In this document: positions 52,457 through 61,463 of the stretch, one piece after another
Position numbering within the stretch: the stretch's first letter is position 1
Layout: each line of letters begins with the position of its first letter
Source: Cellulomonadaceae bacterium
GTDB taxonomy: Bacteria; Actinomycetota; Actinomycetes; Actinomycetales; Cellulomonadaceae
Length of the DNA stretch: 64,000 nt
Assembly: GCA_031552185.1 (NCBI GenBank)
Contig: JAVBMU010000024.1
Location: forward strand, 185 to 64,184
Direction of reading: 5' to 3'
Position numbers and translations under genes: made by a program
Notes under the pieces: generated by a model
Seen by the model: the letters and a program-made list of their open reading frames with translations, nothing else
What the model was told of the DNA's origin: nothing
Databases searched by the model: none

Positions 52457-52816
52457 CTAGAAGGAATAACCGAGAAGCTCCTCGTCTTCGTCCCAATCCT
52501 CGGCTGCCCCCGCGGAATGCCGTCCCGCCGGCCGGGTCTCGGCCGCGGCGCGCCGGGCGCGCACGACGGCGGGGTCCTCCTGGCCCTCGGCGAGCAGCGC
52601 GTCGTAGAGCTCGCGTTCGCGGTCCGCGCGGGCGACGGTGAATTCGGCCCGGGCTTCGCGGGCCCGGTCGGCCAGCACCTGCGCGAACGAGCCGGCGCGC
52701 GCCTGGAGTTGCCCGGCGAGCGCGTCGGGCGCAAGCCGCGCCATCGCCCGCCTTCCACGCACCATCGCGTAGCCCGCGGCGGCCGCGCCGACCCCCACCC
52801 AGAACAGCCGGCGCAT
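52457..52816 (-). CDS. Small N-terminally anchored hypothetical protein
   Basis: Last 119 aa of ORF 52457..53272. 'MRRLFWVGVGAAAAGYAMV' anchor followed by a charged helical region. Its start overlaps the preceding stop by 1 nt. Confidence 0.55.
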   Translation of the reverse strand: MRRLFWVGVGAAAAGYAMVRGRRAMARLAPDALAGQLQARAGSFAQVLADRAREARAEFTVARADRERELYDALLAEGQEDPAVVRARRAAAETRPAGRHSAGAAEDWDEDEELLGYSF

Positions 52817-53190
52817 CAGCCCGCGACCTTCCGGCCGTCCCGGCCGATGACCCGGCCGAGCGCGCGCCGCACGCCGTAGCTGAACGCCGCGATCTTGACC
52901 AGCGGCTGACCGAGCGTCGCGGCGTACAGCCCAGTCAGGGCCGACGCGTTCTGACTGATCTGGACGGCCGACGTCGTGATCTCGCCCACCTTGACCAGCT
53001 CCGCGTTCGCCGTCGCCACCGTCGTGGCCGTCTCCTCGACGGCCTGGACCGTGGGGACCGTCACTTCCTTGATGGAGTCCCGCAGTTGGTCGAGCACGTG
53101 GCCCGCTTTGACCAGCACGCGGGCGAGGAACGCCACCAGGACGGCGAAGACGACGACGGCGGCGAGCCCGACCCAGTCGCTTGCGGACAC
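52816..53190 (-). CDS. DUF948-like membrane-anchored protein
   Basis: ORF 52816..53280 trimmed to GTG 53190 (GGAGG 6 nt upstream). 'WVGLAAVVVFAVLVAFLARVL' anchor, 'LTGLYAATLGQPLVKIAAFSYGVRRAL'. Confidence 0.7.
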   Translation of the reverse strand: MSASDWVGLAAVVVFAVLVAFLARVLVKAGHVLDQLRDSIKEVTVPTVQAVEETATTVATANAELVKVGEITTSAVQISQNASALTGLYAATLGQPLVKIAAFSYGVRRALGRVIGRDGRKVAG

Positions 53191-53382
53191 TGTGACCTCC
53201 GGAGGATGGTCGCGGACGGTGGCGGCGGACCGCCGGCACCGGGGAGCAGGGGCGACGGCCGACGGCCGCCACCCGGACACATTAGCCGCCCGATCGGCCC
53301 GGATGCGCGCCCGCCCCGCGCGCCCGATGGGCTGCGGGGCGGGTCGACCGGGAATCCGGCCGGCGAACGGTCGAAACCGCCG

Positions 53383-54009
53383 TCAGCGGGCGTAGTACTC
53401 GACCACGAGCTGGACCTCGCAGGTGACGGGCACCTCGGCCCGCTTGGGCCGGCGGGTCAGCAGCGCGGTCAGCTTCTCGATCTGGACGTCCAGGTAACCC
53501 GGGACGGGCGGCAGCACGTCGCGGTGGGCGCCGGCGGCGGCGACCTGGAACGGCGTCATCGTCTGGCTCTTCGGCTTGACCTGGATGGTCTGACCCGGCT
53601 TCACGCGGAAGGAGGGCCGGTCCACGATCCGGCCGTCGACCAGGATGTGCCGGTGGGTCACGGACTGGCGGGCCTGCAGGATCGTGCGGGCGAAGCCGGC
53701 GCGCAGCACCAGCGCGTCCAGGCGGGTCTCGAGGATCTCGACCAGCGCCTCACCGGTCAGGCCCTGGTCCTTGCGAGCCTCCTCGTAGGCGCGGGCGAGC
53801 TGCTTCTCGCGGAGCATGTACTGCGCCCGCAGACGCTGCTTCTCGCGCAGCCGCACGGCGTAGTCGGACTCGGTGCGCCGGCGAGCCCGGCCGTGCTCGC
53901 CGGGCGGGTAGGGGCGCTTCTCGAAATGCTTGACGGCCTTCGGGGTCAGCGGCAGGCCGAGGGCGCGGCTCAGGCGAACCTGGCGGCGCGAACGCGTCAC
54001 GGAAGTCAC
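53383..54009 (-). CDS. rpsD: 30S ribosomal protein S4
   Basis: ORF 53383..54171 trimmed to GTG 54009 (AGGAG upstream). '[13 protein letters not shown]', '[11 protein letters not shown]', '[19 protein letters not shown]', '[12 protein letters not shown]'. It stands alone near alaS, as in Streptomyces. Confidence 0.9.
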   Translation of the reverse strand: MTSVTRSRRQVRLSRALGLPLTPKAVKHFEKRPYPPGEHGRARRRTESDYAVRLREKQRLRAQYMLREKQLARAYEEARKDQGLTGEALVEILETRLDALVLRAGFARTILQARQSVTHRHILVDGRIVDRPSFRVKPGQTIQVKPKSQTMTPFQVAAAGAHRDVLPPVPGYLDVQIEKLTALLTRRPKRAEVPVTCEVQLVVEYYAR

Positions 54010-54239
54010 TGCGGTGGTACTCCTGTCGTCGATGGCACACCCGGGACGCGGATGCTGCGCCGGGTGCGGGACCAGCCGATGGACGGGCGCGGCGCGAGCC
54101 GTGCCGTCGCGGGGCCGAGGTCCCAGGGGTTGCCCGGCATCCGAACACACCGGTCCGGCCGACTGGGGCAACCGCGCAAGTCTAGCGCATCGGGCGGCGG
54201 AGCCACCCGTCGGCGCCGCCGGGGCGGCACGCCCGGCGC

Positions 54240-55688
54240 CTACCCGTCGGCGCCGCCGAGGATCCGGCGGACCCGGTCCAGTCGTTCGGCGACCTGCCGC
54301 TCATAACCGCGGTCGCTGGGCTCGTAGTAGCGGGCGCCGCGCAGCGTGTCCGGCAGGTACTGCTGGGCGGCGACGGCGTGTGGCTCGTCGTGGGCGTAGA
54401 CGTACCCCTGCCCGTGGCCGAGCCGCTGCGCCCCGGCGTAACTCGAATCGCGCAGGTGGGCGGGCACGACGCCGGCCCGGCCCGCCCGGACATCGGCCAG
54501 AGCCGCGTCGATCCCTCGGTAGGCCGCGTTGGACTTGGGCGCTGTCGCGACGTGCACCACCGCCTCGGCGAGGACGATCCGCCCCTCCGGCATCCCGATC
54601 AGCGCGACCGCCTGGGCCGCCGCCACCGCGGTCTGCAGCGCCGACGGATCCGCCAGCCCGACCTCCTCAGCGGCGGCGATGACGATCCGCCGGGCGATGA
54701 ACCGGGGGTCCTCCCCCGCCGCCACCATCCGGGCGAGGTAATGCAGGGCGGCGTCGACGTCGGAGCCGCGCATCGACTTGATGAAGGCGGAGACGACGTC
54801 GTAATGCTGGTCCCCGTCCCGGTCGTAGCGCAGCGCGGTCACGTCCGCGGCGCGCGCGACCGCTTCGACATCGATCACCGGCCCCACGGCATCCGCGGGC
54901 TCGGCTGCATCCGCGGGCTCGGCGGCATCCGCGCCGCTCGCGGGCTTCGCGGGCTTCGCGCGTGCTTCCGAGAGCACTGCGCCGGCGGCCGCCTCCAACA
55001 CCGTCAGCGCCTTGCGGGCGTCCCCGCCCGCCACGCGGACCACCTGATCCTCGGCCTCCGCGGTGAGCCGGACCGTGCCCGCGAGGCCGCGCGGGTCCGC
55101 CGCGGCCCGGCGCACCAGTTCGCGCACATGCTCGGGCTCGAGCGGGCGCAGGGTGAGCAGCAGCGATCGGGACAGCAGCGGCGCGATCACCGCGAAGCTC
55201 GGGTTCTCCGTGGTGGCCGCGACGAGCGTCACCCACCGGTTCTCGACCGAGGGCAGCAACGCGTCCTGCTGCGTCTTGGAGAACCGGTGCACCTCGTCGA
55301 TGAACAACACGGTCTCCGGTCCACCGGTCGCCAGCCGGCGGCGGGCGTCGTCGATGACGGCCCGCACCTCCTTCACGCCGGCGGTCACCGCGGACAACTC
55401 GACGAAGCGCCGGCCCGAGGTCGCGGCGATCAGGTAGGCGAGCGTCGTCTTGCCCGTGCCGGGCGGACCCCAGAGCAACACCGAACCGGGCGCGGCCCGC
55501 TCCGCGCCGTCGTCGGCGGGCTCGACCAACCGCCGCAGGGGCGCGCCCGGTGCCAGCAGATGCTCCTGCCCCGCGACTTCGGCCGGGCTCGCCGGGCGCA
55601 TGCGCACGGCGAGCGGGGCCGCCGCCCGCGCCGCCGGCGGACCGAGCGGATCGGTCAGGGCGGCGTCGAACAGATCACCGACGGTCAT
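54240..55688 (-). CDS. rarA: Replication-associated recombination protein A (AAA+ ATPase)
   Basis: ORF 54240..55688. '[13 protein letters not shown]', '[19 protein letters not shown]', '[26 protein letters not shown]'. Confidence 0.92.
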   Translation of the reverse strand: MTVGDLFDAALTDPLGPPAARAAAPLAVRMRPASPAEVAGQEHLLAPGAPLRRLVEPADDGAERAAPGSVLLWGPPGTGKTTLAYLIAATSGRRFVELSAVTAGVKEVRAVIDDARRRLATGGPETVLFIDEVHRFSKTQQDALLPSVENRWVTLVAATTENPSFAVIAPLLSRSLLLTLRPLEPEHVRELVRRAAADPRGLAGTVRLTAEAEDQVVRVAGGDARKALTVLEAAAGAVLSEARAKPAKPASGADAAEPADAAEPADAVGPVIDVEAVARAADVTALRYDRDGDQHYDVVSAFIKSMRGSDVDAALHYLARMVAAGEDPRFIARRIVIAAAEEVGLADPSALQTAVAAAQAVALIGMPEGRIVLAEAVVHVATAPKSNAAYRGIDAALADVRAGRAGVVPAHLRDSSYAGAQRLGHGQGYVYAHDEPHAVAAQQYLPDTLRGARYYEPSDRGYERQVAERLDRVRRILGGADG

Positions 55689-55770
55689 GGATCGAGCCTA
55701 CGCACCGCCGCCGCCGGTCGGGGCCGAAGGGGTCCTGACAACGGCCATTCGGTGGTGCCATGCTTTTCCC

Positions 55771-58014
55771 GTGTTCAACAGCCTCGGCCGCGGCGTCGCG
55801 CGCCACCCCTGGATCACCGTTGCCGCGTGGCTCGTGCTGACGATCGTCGGCTTCTCCTTTGCGGTGCTCGGCCTTCGCGGGGACGGGCTTTTCGACCGGG
55901 TCACCACCGGCGCACCGCTGGTCCCCGGCTCGGACAGCAAGCGCGCCGCCGACATTCTGTCCGACGAGCGCATCCTCGGGCCGCGGATCACCCTCCTGGT
56001 GGAAGGGGTCGACGCGCGGGACCCCGATCTGGTGGCGGCCATGGCCGACATCAACCGGGACCTCGAGGCGATCCCCGACGCCCAGCCGCCGGTCGACCCG
56101 TACGTTATCCCCGAGGGCCTCGACGACCCGCGGGCGGCGGCCATGATCGCCGCGGACGGGCGTGGTTTCGTCGCGTACGTGGACGTCGACGCCGGCCTCG
56201 GCGACCAGGAGGGCGCAACGGCGCACACCGTCGCCGAGCGACTGCGCGATGTCCCAAGCGAGTTGCGGGCCGAGGTGCCCTCTGCCGCCCGGGCGGAGGG
56301 GATCGTCAGTTCGAATGCGCTGATCGTCTCCGAGATCACCGACCAGGTGCGGGCCGATCTGGAGACGGGCGAGGTCTTCTCGTTGCCGGTCGCGCTGCTC
56401 GTGATGGTGATCGTATTCGGTGGGTTCCTCGCCGCCGGGATGCCGATGTTCGGGGCGTTCGCGTCGATCGGCGCGGGGCTCGGCGCGCTGCTCGGCATCA
56501 CCTATGTGATGGATGTCGACGCGTCCGTGGTCAACGTGGTGACCGTGCTCGGCCTCGGGCTGTCGATCGACTACGGCCTGCTCGTCGTCTCCCGCTATCG
56601 GGAGGAGTTACACCGCCTGGTCGCCGCGGGCGCGGACCCGCCGGCGGCGGTGCGAACCGGCGGCGACGGCGTCGTCGACGCCGCGTTGGTGCGCACCATG
56701 AGCACGGCGGGGCGCACGATCACCTTCTCCGCCCTGACCGTGGCCATCGCGATCTCCGGGCTGTTGGTCTTCCGGCCGCCGATCCTGCGGTCCATCGGCG
56801 CGGGCGCCCTCGCCGTCGTGCTGATCGCCTTCCTGACGGCGCTGACGCTGGTGCCCGCGGTGCTGCATCTGACGGGTCGGCGGCTCGCCCGGCCGAGCCG
56901 GCTCGCCGGGGTCCCCGGGATCCGGCGGATGCTCGCCCGGACGGCGGACGTCCAGTCCGACGACGGCGCGCTTGCCCGGCTCGCGGCCTGGGTGCAGCGG
57001 CGGCCCTGGCCGGTGCTGATCGGCACCTCGGCGATCCTGCTGGTGCTTGCCGCCCCGGTGCTCAGCCTGCAAATGCGCAACACCGGCCTCGACCTGCTGC
57101 CCCGCGACTCGGACCAGCGTGCGTTCGTGACCGCGCTCGGCGAACAGTATCCGGCCATGCGCTGGCCGCAGATCGAGATCGTGGCGAAGGCCGACCCGGC
57201 GACGGCGCAGGCGTGGTCCGCCGCCCTGAACGGGCTGGACCATGTCGAGCAGGTCGACGCTCCGCAGCAGACCGGGGAGTACGTGGCGATCGGCGTGCAC
57301 ACCGACTCGCCCGATGCAGGCGGCCCCGAGGCCGTCGCGCTGGTGCACGAGATCCGGGGTCTACAGCCCGATTTCCAGATGTGGGTCGGCGGGCAGGCGG
57401 CCGGTCAGATCGACTTCCTCGACGCCCTCGCCCAACGCGTGTGGTGGGCCGTCGCGATCGTCGTCGTCGCCGTGCTCGCGCTGCTGTTCCTGATGACCGG
57501 ATCCGTGGTGATCCCGATCAAGACGCTGCTGACGAACGCCCTGTCGCTCTGCGCCTCGCTCGGGGTTCTGGTCTGGGCCTTCCAGTTCGGGCATCTGCAG
57601 GGCGTGCTCGGCTTCACTCCGGTTGGCGGGATCGAGACCTACGTCGTCGCGCTGTTCGTCGCCTTCTCGTTCGGGCTGGCGATGGACTACGAAGTCTTCC
57701 TGCTCGCCCGGGTCAAGGAACTGCACGACAGCGGGCTGAGCAACGACGACGCCATTCGGATCGGCCTGCAACGTTCCGGCCGGATCATTACGTCCGCGGC
57801 GGCGATCATCATCGTCGTCTTCGCGGGCTTCATGCTCGGCGAGCTGCTGGTGATCAAGGAGGTCGGCTTCGCGCTCGCCGTCGCGGTGGCGATCGACGCG
57901 ACCATCGTTCGGTTGCTGCTCGTCCCGGCGACGATGACGCTGCTGGGCAACGTCAACTGGTGGGCGCCGAAGCCGCTTCGCCGCCTCTACGACCGGCTCG
58001 AGTTCAGCCATTAG
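55771..58014 (+). CDS. MMPL/RND-superfamily membrane transporter
   Basis: ORF 55450..58014 trimmed to GTG 55771 ('VFNSLGRGVARHPWITVAAWLVL'). Two blocks of about 6 TM helices, each followed by a soluble loop, with 'GLSIDYGLLVVSRYREE' and 'GLAMDYEVFLLARVKE'. Confidence 0.85.
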   Translation: MFNSLGRGVARHPWITVAAWLVLTIVGFSFAVLGLRGDGLFDRVTTGAPLVPGSDSKRAADILSDERILGPRITLLVEGVDARDPDLVAAMADINRDLEAIPDAQPPVDPYVIPEGLDDPRAAAMIAADGRGFVAYVDVDAGLGDQEGATAHTVAERLRDVPSELRAEVPSAARAEGIVSSNALIVSEITDQVRADLETGEVFSLPVALLVMVIVFGGFLAAGMPMFGAFASIGAGLGALLGITYVMDVDASVVNVVTVLGLGLSIDYGLLVVSRYREELHRLVAAGADPPAAVRTGGDGVVDAALVRTMSTAGRTITFSALTVAIAISGLLVFRPPILRSIGAGALAVVLIAFLTALTLVPAVLHLTGRRLARPSRLAGVPGIRRMLARTADVQSDDGALARLAAWVQRRPWPVLIGTSAILLVLAAPVLSLQMRNTGLDLLPRDSDQRAFVTALGEQYPAMRWPQIEIVAKADPATAQAWSAALNGLDHVEQVDAPQQTGEYVAIGVHTDSPDAGGPEAVALVHEIRGLQPDFQMWVGGQAAGQIDFLDALAQRVWWAVAIVVVAVLALLFLMTGSVVIPIKTLLTNALSLCASLGVLVWAFQFGHLQGVLGFTPVGGIETYVVALFVAFSFGLAMDYEVFLLARVKELHDSGLSNDDAIRIGLQRSGRIITSAAAIIIVVFAGFMLGELLVIKEVGFALAVAVAIDATIVRLLLVPATMTLLGNVNWWAPKPLRRLYDRLEFSH

Positions 58015-58232
58015 ATGAGTGAATCCGAATTGCTGCGGCGTCGATCGTCACAAGCTGCCCCGCCCGCCGCAGCACACCTCAGGTAAGTGCGCGCGTTGCT
58101 GCCCGATGCGAGATGAGTGGTTTGCCCGGCTCGGGGAGCAGTTTCTCTGGCGGCGGTCGCGGGCGTGCGGCGGTGGCGAGTGCTTCGAATGGCAGTGGTA
58201 CCCCACACCCGATCCCTGACCGCATACGACCA

Positions 58233-60005
58233 TTAGGAATCACTCGTCCGGGGCTTGGCGTCGACGCCGGCCTCCTTGCGCTGTTCGGGGGTGATCGGCG
58301 CGGGCGCCTGAGTGAGCGGGTCGTAGCCGCCGCCCGACTTCGGGAACGCGATCACGTCCCGGATCGACTCCGCCCCGGTGAGTAGGGCGACGATCCGGTC
58401 CCAGCCGAAGGCGATCCCGCCGTGCGGCGGCGCGCCGTACTGGAACGCGTCCAACAGGAATCCGAACTTTTCCTGCGCCTCGGCCTCGCCGATCCCCATC
58501 ACCTCGAACACGCGCCGCTGCACGTCCCTGCGGTGGATACGGATCGAACCGCCGCCGATCTCGTTGCCGTTGCAGACGATGTCGTACGCATAGGCGAGGG
58601 CCTCGCCGGGCTCGGCCTCGAACCGGTCGATCCACTGCGGCGTCGGCGCGGTGAACGCGTGGTGCACTGCGGTCCAGGCGCCGCCGCCGACGGCGACGTC
58701 ATCGTCCTCGCCGACCGGCTTGAACAGGGGGGCGTCCACGACCCAGACGAACGACCACGCGTCGTCGTCGATCTGGCCGGTGCGCCGGGCGATCTCGAGG
58801 CGCGCGGCGCCCAGCAGCGCCCGGGTCTCGGTGCTGCGGCCGGCGCCGAAGAAGACCGCGTCCCCCGGCTGGGCGCCGGTCGCCGCGGCCAGGCCGGAGC
58901 GCTCGGCGTCGGACAGGTTCTTGGCCACCGGGCCGCCGAGCTCACCGTTCTCGCCGATCGTGACGTACGCGAGACCCTTGGCCCCGCGGGACTTCGCCCA
59001 GTCCTGCCACGCGTCGAACTGGCGACGCGGCTGCGCGGCGCCGCCGGGCATGACGACAGACCCGACATGCTGCGCCTGGAAGACGCGGAACGGCGTGTCC
59101 TTGAAGTACTCGGTGAGGTCGACCAGTTCGTTGCCGAAGCGCAGGTCGGGCTTGTCCGTGCCGTAGCGGCGCATCGCCTCCGCGTACGTCATCCGCGGGA
59201 TGGGCATCTCGATCCGATGCCCGATCAGCTCCCACAGGGCGACCAGCACCTGTTCCGCAACGGCGATCACGTCGTCCTGCTCGACGAAGCTCATCTCGAT
59301 GTCGAGCTGAGTGAACTCCGGCTGGCGGTCGGCGCGGAAGTCCTCATCGCGGTAGCAGCGGGCGATCTGGTAATACCGCTCCATCCCGGCCACCATGAGC
59401 AATTGCTTGAACAGCTGCGGGGACTGCGGCAGCGCGTACCACGAGCCCGGGGCGAGGCGGGCCGGGACCAAGAAGTCGCGGGCACCCTCCGGAGTGGACC
59501 GCGTCAGCGTCGGCGTCTCGATCTCGACGAAGCCCGCCGCGTCCAGGACGCGCCGCGCCGCCTGGTTCACCTTCGCCCGCAGGCGCAGCGCCTGCGCCAT
59601 GCGCGGCCGGCGGATGTCGAGGTACCGGTGCCGCAACCGCGCCTCCTCGCCGACGGTTTCGGTCCCGTCCAGCGCGGTCGAGACCTGGAACGGCAGCGGC
59701 GCCGACTCGTTCAGCACGACGACGTCGCTTGCCACGACCTCGATCTCACCGGTCGCCAGGTGCGGGTTGGCGTTGCCCTCGGGGCGGCGCGAGATCTCGC
59801 CCGTGACCTGGAGGACGAACTCGGAGCGCAGCGGGTGCGCGATGGCCTCGTCCCGGATCACCACCTGCGCGATGCCGGAGGCGTCCCGAAGGTCGATGAA
59901 GGCCACTCCCCCGTGATCGCGACGGCGGTCCACCCAACCCGTGAGGGTGACGGTCTGACCGATGTGGTCGGCTCGCAACGAGCCGGCCGTCCGGGTGCGC
60001 AGCAC
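58233..60005 (-). CDS. aspS: Aspartate--tRNA ligase
   Basis: Last 590 aa of ORF 58233..60746. '[22 protein letters not shown]', '[14 protein letters not shown]', '[20 protein letters not shown]', 'GGGSIRIH'. Start at GTG 60005, with an alternative ATG at 60038. Confidence 0.95.
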   Translation of the reverse strand: MLRTRTAGSLRADHIGQTVTLTGWVDRRRDHGGVAFIDLRDASGIAQVVIRDEAIAHPLRSEFVLQVTGEISRRPEGNANPHLATGEIEVVASDVVVLNESAPLPFQVSTALDGTETVGEEARLRHRYLDIRRPRMAQALRLRAKVNQAARRVLDAAGFVEIETPTLTRSTPEGARDFLVPARLAPGSWYALPQSPQLFKQLLMVAGMERYYQIARCYRDEDFRADRQPEFTQLDIEMSFVEQDDVIAVAEQVLVALWELIGHRIEMPIPRMTYAEAMRRYGTDKPDLRFGNELVDLTEYFKDTPFRVFQAQHVGSVVMPGGAAQPRRQFDAWQDWAKSRGAKGLAYVTIGENGELGGPVAKNLSDAERSGLAAATGAQPGDAVFFGAGRSTETRALLGAARLEIARRTGQIDDDAWSFVWVVDAPLFKPVGEDDDVAVGGGAWTAVHHAFTAPTPQWIDRFEAEPGEALAYAYDIVCNGNEIGGGSIRIHRRDVQRRVFEVMGIGEAEAQEKFGFLLDAFQYGAPPHGGIAFGWDRIVALLTGAESIRDVIAFPKSGGGYDPLTQAPAPITPEQRKEAGVDAKPRTSDS

Positions 60006-60109
60006 GGAGGCGTCCTTTCGCAGGTGGAGGGTCCGCATGCGGATCGGACCCGGCGCGCGCCCTTGCCGACGGCGCGCCACGAGTCTAGTGGCCTTCGGCC
60101 GCGGGTCGC

Positions 60110-61432
60110 TCAGGCGAACGCTGCGACCGGCCCGGCGACCGGCGCAATCGGCGCGACGGTTGACGCAACGGTGGGCGCGACGGTTGACCCGCCCGGCGCG
60201 GTCAGCGCGGCGGTCGAGGCCGCGGCGCCCACCATGGACACCACGGTGGGCGCAGGCAGGATGGCGCAGTCGTGGCTGACGAAGCCGTTCGCAACGAAAT
60301 CCCCCGCTTGGGTTGACAGCCCGATCATCCGCCGGTCTCCGAGCGGTTCGATCCGCGCCACCCGGAATCCTGCGTTCGACCGCACGGCGCGGCCAACCGC
60401 GCGGTCTCGACCCGTGGCCGGCGCGAGCAGCGCAAGCAGACGGCTCCGATCGGCTCCGACGACCCGTACATCGTCGGCCGGACCCGCTCCCGAACCTGGT
60501 CTCAGCCCGGATCCCGGCAGGGTCCGGACACCGAGCCTGGCAAGGCTCGCCCGAACCTCTGCGGCCATGTCCTTGGTCCGGCAGCCGAACCGCACCGCGG
60601 CCCCGCCGAGGCCAGTCGCATCGAGCACTCCGGAGCAGAACCCGGCGGACCACTCCGCGCCGGGGTCGGCCGGCGTCGTGACGATCGCCCGGACGATGCC
60701 GTACTGGGAGGTGCCGCAGACCAAGCAGCCCACCGCCCGGGTGCACGGAGCACCGTCCTGACCGAACGGCCGCAACCGCGTCACGACGCCGAACTCGGCG
60801 AGGTAGTCCCGCGCCCTGGCCAGCGCCCGGAGATCCCCGTATGCGAGCCGAAGGACCGCCGGCCGGACCAGCCCGCGGCGCCGCGCACAGGCGCTCGCCC
60901 GGGGCGAGACGTGCGCCCTGATCAGCCCCGCCAGGTAGCCACTCGCGAACGCGTCCCGCCCCGACTCCGGCCTCGGGCGCAGGGGCAGCCCGCCGATGCC
61001 GCGGACCGCATTGCTCGGGGTCAGGTATGCCCGCCGCACCTCACCGGGACGGGCCGGAACGACGGCCTTCCAGCCACGGTCGGTGAGGAACCGGTGATCG
61101 GCGGCGGCCACGACGGATGTCCCGTCCGCCACGGTCAGCCGAAAGGCCGGGCACGTCCGCGTCCACCGGTCGAGGACCGTCGTCGCGACGTAGCGCCGGG
61201 TCCGACCGGCGTACTCGGTGCCCACGACGACGTCGCCCGCCTCGATCCGCGCCAGTGGCACCAATCGCCCGTCCGCGGTCAGGAGGAGAACGCCGGGATC
61301 AAGACAGGACGAGCGCGCGACCGCGCCGCCGCGCGCTTCCCCGTCGAGCCATGCCGCGCCCACTGCCCCGCTGCTTGCCGTGCCGCCGGATGATGTCGCC
61401 TCGTCCCGTCCCACCTGCATAGTCGAACACAT
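60110..61432 (-). CDS. Free-standing intein-like protein: Hint domain split by a degenerate double-LAGLIDADG homing-endonuclease-like insert
   Basis: ORF 60110..61900 trimmed to the region downstream of hisS, with ATG at 61432 or 61420. Intein block A '[21 protein letters not shown]', block B '[13 protein letters not shown]'. LAGLIDADG-like '[11 protein letters not shown]' and '[11 protein letters not shown]'. Blocks F/G '[19 protein letters not shown]|C'. The flanks of 38 and 52 aa are low complexity. Confidence 0.7.
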   Translation of the reverse strand: MCSTMQVGRDEATSSGGTASSGAVGAAWLDGEARGGAVARSSCLDPGVLLLTADGRLVPLARIEAGDVVVGTEYAGRTRRYVATTVLDRWTRTCPAFRLTVADGTSVVAAADHRFLTDRGWKAVVPARPGEVRRAYLTPSNAVRGIGGLPLRPRPESGRDAFASGYLAGLIRAHVSPRASACARRRGLVRPAVLRLAYGDLRALARARDYLAEFGVVTRLRPFGQDGAPCTRAVGCLVCGTSQYGIVRAIVTTPADPGAEWSAGFCSGVLDATGLGGAAVRFGCRTKDMAAEVRASLARLGVRTLPGSGLRPGSGAGPADDVRVVGADRSRLLALLAPATGRDRAVGRAVRSNAGFRVARIEPLGDRRMIGLSTQAGDFVANGFVSHDCAILPAPTVVSMVGAAASTAALTAPGGSTVAPTVASTVAPIAPVAGPVAAFA

Positions 61433-61438
61433 GTTCGA
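61423..61438. promoter_or_regulatory. Perfect actinobacterial LexA SOS box TCGAAC-ACAT-GTTCGA
   Basis: The palindrome is read directly. It lies 26 nt downstream of the hisS stop, overlaps the ATG at 61432 and sits 3 nt upstream of the ATG at 61420. A TTGCCA (-35-like) hexamer lies just upstream on the minus strand. Confidence 0.6.
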
Positions 61439-61463
61439 ACAATTGGCAAGGCCCTGCGATCGC

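Noticed and set aside
55687-55770. ATG at 55687 as the MMPL start ('[15 protein letters not shown]...')
   Set aside because: It would overlap the divergent rarA start codon (55686-55688), leaving no promoter space. The GTG at 55771 gives the typical MMPL N-terminus 'VFNSLGRGVARHPW'.
54378-58022. 1214-aa plus-strand ORF spanning rarA (antisense) and the MMPL gene (out of frame); the 45386..47566 ORF is similar
   Set aside because: Its composition is Arg/Gly/Pro-rich. It overlaps confidently identified genes in other frames and has no motifs.
60006-60038. ATG at 60038 as the aspS start ('[11 protein letters not shown]')
   Set aside because: The GTG at 60005 gives the canonical '[11 protein letters not shown]' AspS N-terminus and has AAGGA about 9 nt upstream. 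It is kept only as an alternative.
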